Virus record (IMG/VR): IMGVR_UViG_2541047850_000015
Strand: one strand, 5' to 3'
Source of the DNA: a virus
Taxonomy: Duplodnaviria > Heunggongvirae > Uroviricota > Caudoviricetes
Length of the DNA: 40,635 bases
The translations under genes and the position numbers were made by a program. Position 1 is the first letter of the stretch, and each line of letters begins with the position of its first letter. Shown in pieces: positions 37,621 through 40,635 of this stretch. Below the pieces are notes generated by a model. The model made no database searches, had not been told where the DNA came from, and saw only the letters and a list, made by a program, of their open reading frames with translations.

Positions 37621-37902
37621 ATGAAGCTAAACATCGACCTCGGTAAATACGTTATTACTGGAACAAAACACGACCTGATTCTTAATGAAAGAGGAATTAT
37701 CAAAGAAGGTGAGAATGCAGGGAAAGAAACACTAAGCCGTATCGGTTATTACAGCAAGTTTGAGCATCTGGTCAAAGAGTTATGCAACCGTGAAATCCTG
37801 TTATCTCAGGCGCAGACGCTACAGGATATTCAGCAGCATATCGAAACTTTAGGTATGTCACTTAGCATGGCTATTGACCAGTTCGTGGAGAGTAAATCAT
37901 GA
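37621..37902 (+). CDS. Hypothetical protein
   Basis: 93 aa ORF; stop overlaps next small ORF (ATGA). Confidence 0.5.
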   Translation: MKLNIDLGKYVITGTKHDLILNERGIIKEGENAGKETLSRIGYYSKFEHLVKELCNREILLSQAQTLQDIQQHIETLGMSLSMAIDQFVESKS

Positions 37903-38066
37903 GAGGACTTGCATACAATCCCGGCATTCTTCCAGCAGAAATGATTATTCGCCAACGCGTAAAGCCAATGCCATCGAGAGAGGAATTACTTAAGCGAAAC
38001 TCATTTCCATCAGTGAATCAAAACAAACATCTGAATGCGATGTGGCGCAAAGGAGGCGACCAGTGA
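37899..38066 (+). CDS. Small hypothetical protein (55 aa)
   Basis: Hand-translated [34 protein letters not shown]...; coupled to flanking genes. Confidence 0.35.
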   Translation: MRGLAYNPGILPAEMIIRQRVKPMPSREELLKRNSFPSVNQNKHLNAMWRKGGDQ

Positions 38067-38560
38067 GCAAGATTGACTATCAGGCACTGCGTGAAGAATT
38101 TCAATACATGCAGGAGCATTACAGCGATCCTGCGGATCGTGAAAAACAGGAACTTTATATTTACGCAGAAACGTTGCTGTATGAACTGGATAAAAGCCAG
38201 CAATACATAAAACGCCGCGACCAGGAGAACGAGGATATTGCGCTAACGGTTGGGAGGCTGCGTGTTGAGCTGGAAGCAGCAAAAAAGCGCATAGCAGAAC
38301 TGGAAGCCGAACCTGTAAGCCAAACTTACAAGTTGAACGAGCTGTCGGGCAACTATCCGGTAACTCCGGATGGTTGGATAAGCTGTAGTGAGCGAATGCC
38401 CGCTCAAGATGATTGGATTTTAATTTATTCAAAGCACGGCGAGTATATGGCAGGACAGGTACAAGGGGAATACGTGGAGTTGAGCGACGGCACTTTATCG
38501 TGGTTAGGGAACGCCTTGTACTGGATGCCTCTACCGGAACCGCCGCAGGAGGTTAATTGA
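38063..38560 (+). CDS. DUF551-domain protein (coiled-coil N-terminus, Trp-rich C-terminal domain)
   Basis: GTG start with AGGAGG RBS; C-terminus ...[18 protein letters not shown]...WMPLPEPP resembles DUF551. Confidence 0.5.
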   Translation: MSKIDYQALREEFQYMQEHYSDPADREKQELYIYAETLLYELDKSQQYIKRRDQENEDIALTVGRLRVELEAAKKRIAELEAEPVSQTYKLNELSGNYPVTPDGWISCSERMPAQDDWILIYSKHGEYMAGQVQGEYVELSDGTLSWLGNALYWMPLPEPPQEVN

Positions 38561-38836
38561 TGGTCTCCTTCGCGAAATATACGATTATTGACTGGATAGC
38601 ATTCATTCAGGTTTTGCTCATCTGGTTTTATATGGCTTACAGGAGTGGACAGTGGATTGTCAGTGTAGCCTGTAGCAATGGATGGCGTTGGTAGAACCGA
38701 AAGAATAAAAAAGCGCTGGCCTTGGCTTCGTTTTACGAAGCATTCAATCTTAACAGTCTTCAGCCTGGTTCTGTCGTTGTAGTCACCACTCAAAGCGGCA
38801 TGACGATACAAATTCACAAGCCAAAGGAGGAAGGTC

Positions 38837-39121
38837 GTGGCTAACCTGCAACTTGCCGTTAAAGGTGAATACTTCGATGCCATGATTCGCGGAGAGAAAA
38901 CGGAAGAGTATCGCCTGTGTAATGACTACTGGAATAAGCGAATTATGTTCCGCGAGTATGACCGCCTGATTATCACAAAGGGATATCCGAAGCGCGACGA
39001 TTCCAGCCGCAGAATTGACGTCCCGTATGAAGGGTATGAAATCAAGACAATCACACATCCGCACTTCGGCGATAAACCGGTAAAGGTTTACGCGATAAAG
39101 GTAAATATCGGCAATAAATAA
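38837..39121 (+). CDS. Small ASCH-like (DUF3850-type) domain protein
   Basis: 94 aa, GTG start with AAGGAGG RBS; family assignment tentative. Confidence 0.45.
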   Translation: MANLQLAVKGEYFDAMIRGEKTEEYRLCNDYWNKRIMFREYDRLIITKGYPKRDDSSRRIDVPYEGYEIKTITHPHFGDKPVKVYAIKVNIGNK

Positions 39122-39163
39122 CAATCCTCGCACTCGCGGGGATTTCTTTTATATGGGGATAAT

Positions 39164-39964
39164 ATGACCATCCACTTTCACGGCAGCCCAATATGGGGGG
39201 ATGAGCATGCCCCTACAGATATGCTGATTAAAGCCCTTTACCGTGATGGTGGGGCTTTTGTTTCATTTGCCAGACCAGAGCAGATGAAAAAGATTGCCAT
39301 GTTCCCTTGTGATATACGCCTTGATAACGGCGCTTTTAGCGACTGGATGAAAGCATTAAAGAAAGGCACTCCGGTAGACTGGAGTAAGAGACGAGCAAAA
39401 TTCTACGACTTTGTTGGGAAGTGGTTCAGCAGAATTGAATGGTTTCTTATACCTGACGTTATCGAAGGGACAGAGGCAGAAAACGACGAGCAGATTGAGT
39501 GTGTTCCTGATTGGCTAAAATCAAAAGCGGTTCCTGTCTGGCATACCGACGAATCAATTGAACGTCTTTTACGCCTTTCTGGCAAATTTGAATGGGTGGC
39601 GATTGGATGCTGCGGCCCACACAGGCACATACGCTCTAAATGGTGGGAACAGAGAATGGATGAAGTTTTCACTGAACTTTATATCAATCGTAATTTGAAA
39701 GTGAAAATTCATGGTCTTCGAATGCTCGACGTGAGAGTTCTTGGTATGTATCCGTTCGCCAGTGCGGATTCTACTAATGTTGCTGTTAACGTACCGAAGA
39801 CAGAGAAGCGATTTCCTGAGATTACCGACAAACTGGCACGTACAGCTGTACTTCGCGCTGCTATTGAAAAGGTGCACCCGCCATCGATATCAGCATGGGT
39901 AGACAGAAAGATGAGAGAGCCGGCGCAAGCCGGTTTTTTATTTGAATTCACCGACGCCGCTTAA
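39164..39964 (+). CDS. Hypothetical 266-aa protein with conserved Cys/His cluster (function unknown)
   Basis: ORF with RBS; IGCCGPHRH motif; followed by hairpin terminator. Confidence 0.55.
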   Translation: MTIHFHGSPIWGDEHAPTDMLIKALYRDGGAFVSFARPEQMKKIAMFPCDIRLDNGAFSDWMKALKKGTPVDWSKRRAKFYDFVGKWFSRIEWFLIPDVIEGTEAENDEQIECVPDWLKSKAVPVWHTDESIERLLRLSGKFEWVAIGCCGPHRHIRSKWWEQRMDEVFTELYINRNLKVKIHGLRMLDVRVLGMYPFASADSTNVAVNVPKTEKRFPEITDKLARTAVLRAAIEKVHPPSISAWVDRKMREPAQAGFLFEFTDAA

Positions 39965-39984
39965 TGCGGATTTCTTTTATCTGA

Positions 39985-40009
39985 ACTCGCTACGGCGAGT
40001 TTTGTTTTA
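39985..40009 (+). terminator. Hairpin terminator after 266-aa gene (ACTCGC-TACG-GCGAGT then TTTTGTTTT)
   Basis: Seen in sequence. Confidence 0.55.
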
Positions 40010-40021
40010 TGGAGATGATAA

Positions 40022-40189
40022 ATGCACTTCCAAGTCACAGGTGAATGGAATGGAGAGCCATTCAACAGGGTTATCGAAGCAGAGAACATCAACGACTGCT
40101 ATAACCACTGGATGATATGGGCGCAGATAGCGCATGCAGACGTAACCAATATTCGAATTGAAGAACTGAAAGAACACCAATCCGCCTGA
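40022..40189 (+). CDS. Small hypothetical protein (55 aa)
   Basis: GGAG RBS, ATG, hand-translated MHFQVTGEWNGEPFNRVIEAENINDCYNHWMIWAQIAH...; followed by terminator. Preferred over overlapping minus-strand track ORF. Confidence 0.45.
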   Translation: MHFQVTGEWNGEPFNRVIEAENINDCYNHWMIWAQIAHADVTNIRIEELKEHQSA

Positions 40190-40202
40190 TGGCGGTTTTT
40201 TA
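40182..40202 (+). terminator. Rho-independent terminator (CCGCC-TGAT-GGCGG then T6)
   Basis: Hairpin overlapping the stop codon followed by TTTTTTAT. Confidence 0.6.
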
Positions 40203-40246
40203 TTACCTGATTTGCAGGTTCGATTCCCTATTCGGAGATAGCACTC

Positions 40247-40447
40247 ATGCAACACGAACTACAGCCTGATTCCCTGGTTGATTTGAAATTCATCATGGCT
40301 GATACTGGCTTTGGTAAAACCTTCATCTACGACCGGATTAAGTCCGGCGACCTGCCAAAAGCCAAAGTTATCCACGGTCGAGCAAGATGGTTATATCGTG
40401 ACCATTGTGAATTCAAAAATAAGCTCTTAAGCCGCGCCAATGGGTAA
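40247..40447 (+). CDS. AlpA-family excisionase/regulator-like protein (HTH)
   Basis: 66 aa; LVDLKFIMADTGFGKTFIYDRIKSGDLPKAKVIHGRARWLYRD resembles AlpA/Xis HTH_17 proteins; position at prophage end. Confidence 0.55.
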   Translation: MQHELQPDSLVDLKFIMADTGFGKTFIYDRIKSGDLPKAKVIHGRARWLYRDHCEFKNKLLSRANG

Positions 40448-40635
40448 AATAGCGGGTAAAATATTTCTCACATCTAAAAAACACCATTCCAATCAATCCC
40501 CTGCTGCTTCAAGTAGATGTCTGCAGGGGACACCATTCTTGTGTTTATCCCTAAAACCACGTAAAAACCGTAAATTATTAAATTCGCACTAGCAATGCCG
40601 AATAAGGCACACCAGGAACTCGTGGTCTTATTCAT

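Larger units (their letters stand above)
1..40635. mobile_element. P22-like lambdoid prophage (CUS-3-type mosaic); both ends lie outside or at the window edges
   Basis: Contiguous P22-order morphogenesis genes, lambda-like Q/S/R/Rz, cI/cro/N/cII/nut sites, immI mnt-arc-ant with P22 operators, sieB, ral, excisionase-like gene at right edge. Confidence 0.9.

Noticed and set aside
40007-40255. Minus-strand 82-aa ORF
   Set aside because: A plus-strand 55-aa ORF (40022-40189) with GGAG RBS and a downstream terminator fits the local plus-strand operon better; the minus ORF would run against the surrounding transcription and across the terminator.

Overview
The window is almost entirely one P22-like lambdoid prophage, most consistent with a CUS-3-type element of an Escherichia coli K1-like host (inferred from protein motifs and gene order I recognise, not from a database search). 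Morphogenesis, lysis and replication genes are on the minus strand. In descending coordinates: late promoter pR'/tR' and Q (lambda-like), holin S, endolysin R, Rz/Rz1, a KilA-N moron, small and large terminase, portal, scaffold, coat, then homologues of P22 gp4, gp10, gp26, gp14, gp7, gp20, gp16, an accessory block (about 5.0-8.8 kb), the immI region (mnt / arc-orf-ant with the P22 Omnt and Oarc operator palindromes), an endosialidase-type tailspike, and at the left edge a run of GAGTCTT heptad repeats that sits in the 5' coding end of a leftward gene (neuO-like contingency locus). From about 26 kb upward: nin region (NinH-like, RusA, YbcO-like, NinF, NinX-like, NinE, Dam methyltransferase, NinB), DnaB-type helicase, an O-like initiator with internal iterons, cII, nutR, cro, OR, cI (P22 C2-like), pL/nutL, N (P22 gp24-type), sieB, ral, ea10-like, cIII-like, RecT, several small early genes and an AlpA-type excisionase-like gene at the right edge. 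No integrase, tRNA, rRNA or CRISPR array was found. The most interesting unexplained content is the accessory block between mnt and the gp16 homologue: a ClpP-like serine protease translationally coupled to mnt, a divergent switch (HTH-S24 repressor-like gene against an RHH-like small ORF plus two antirepressor-like genes), and a small 4-TM membrane protein. CDS ends follow the supplied ORF track; starts I moved, and all regulatory sites, were counted by hand and may be off by 1-3 nt.
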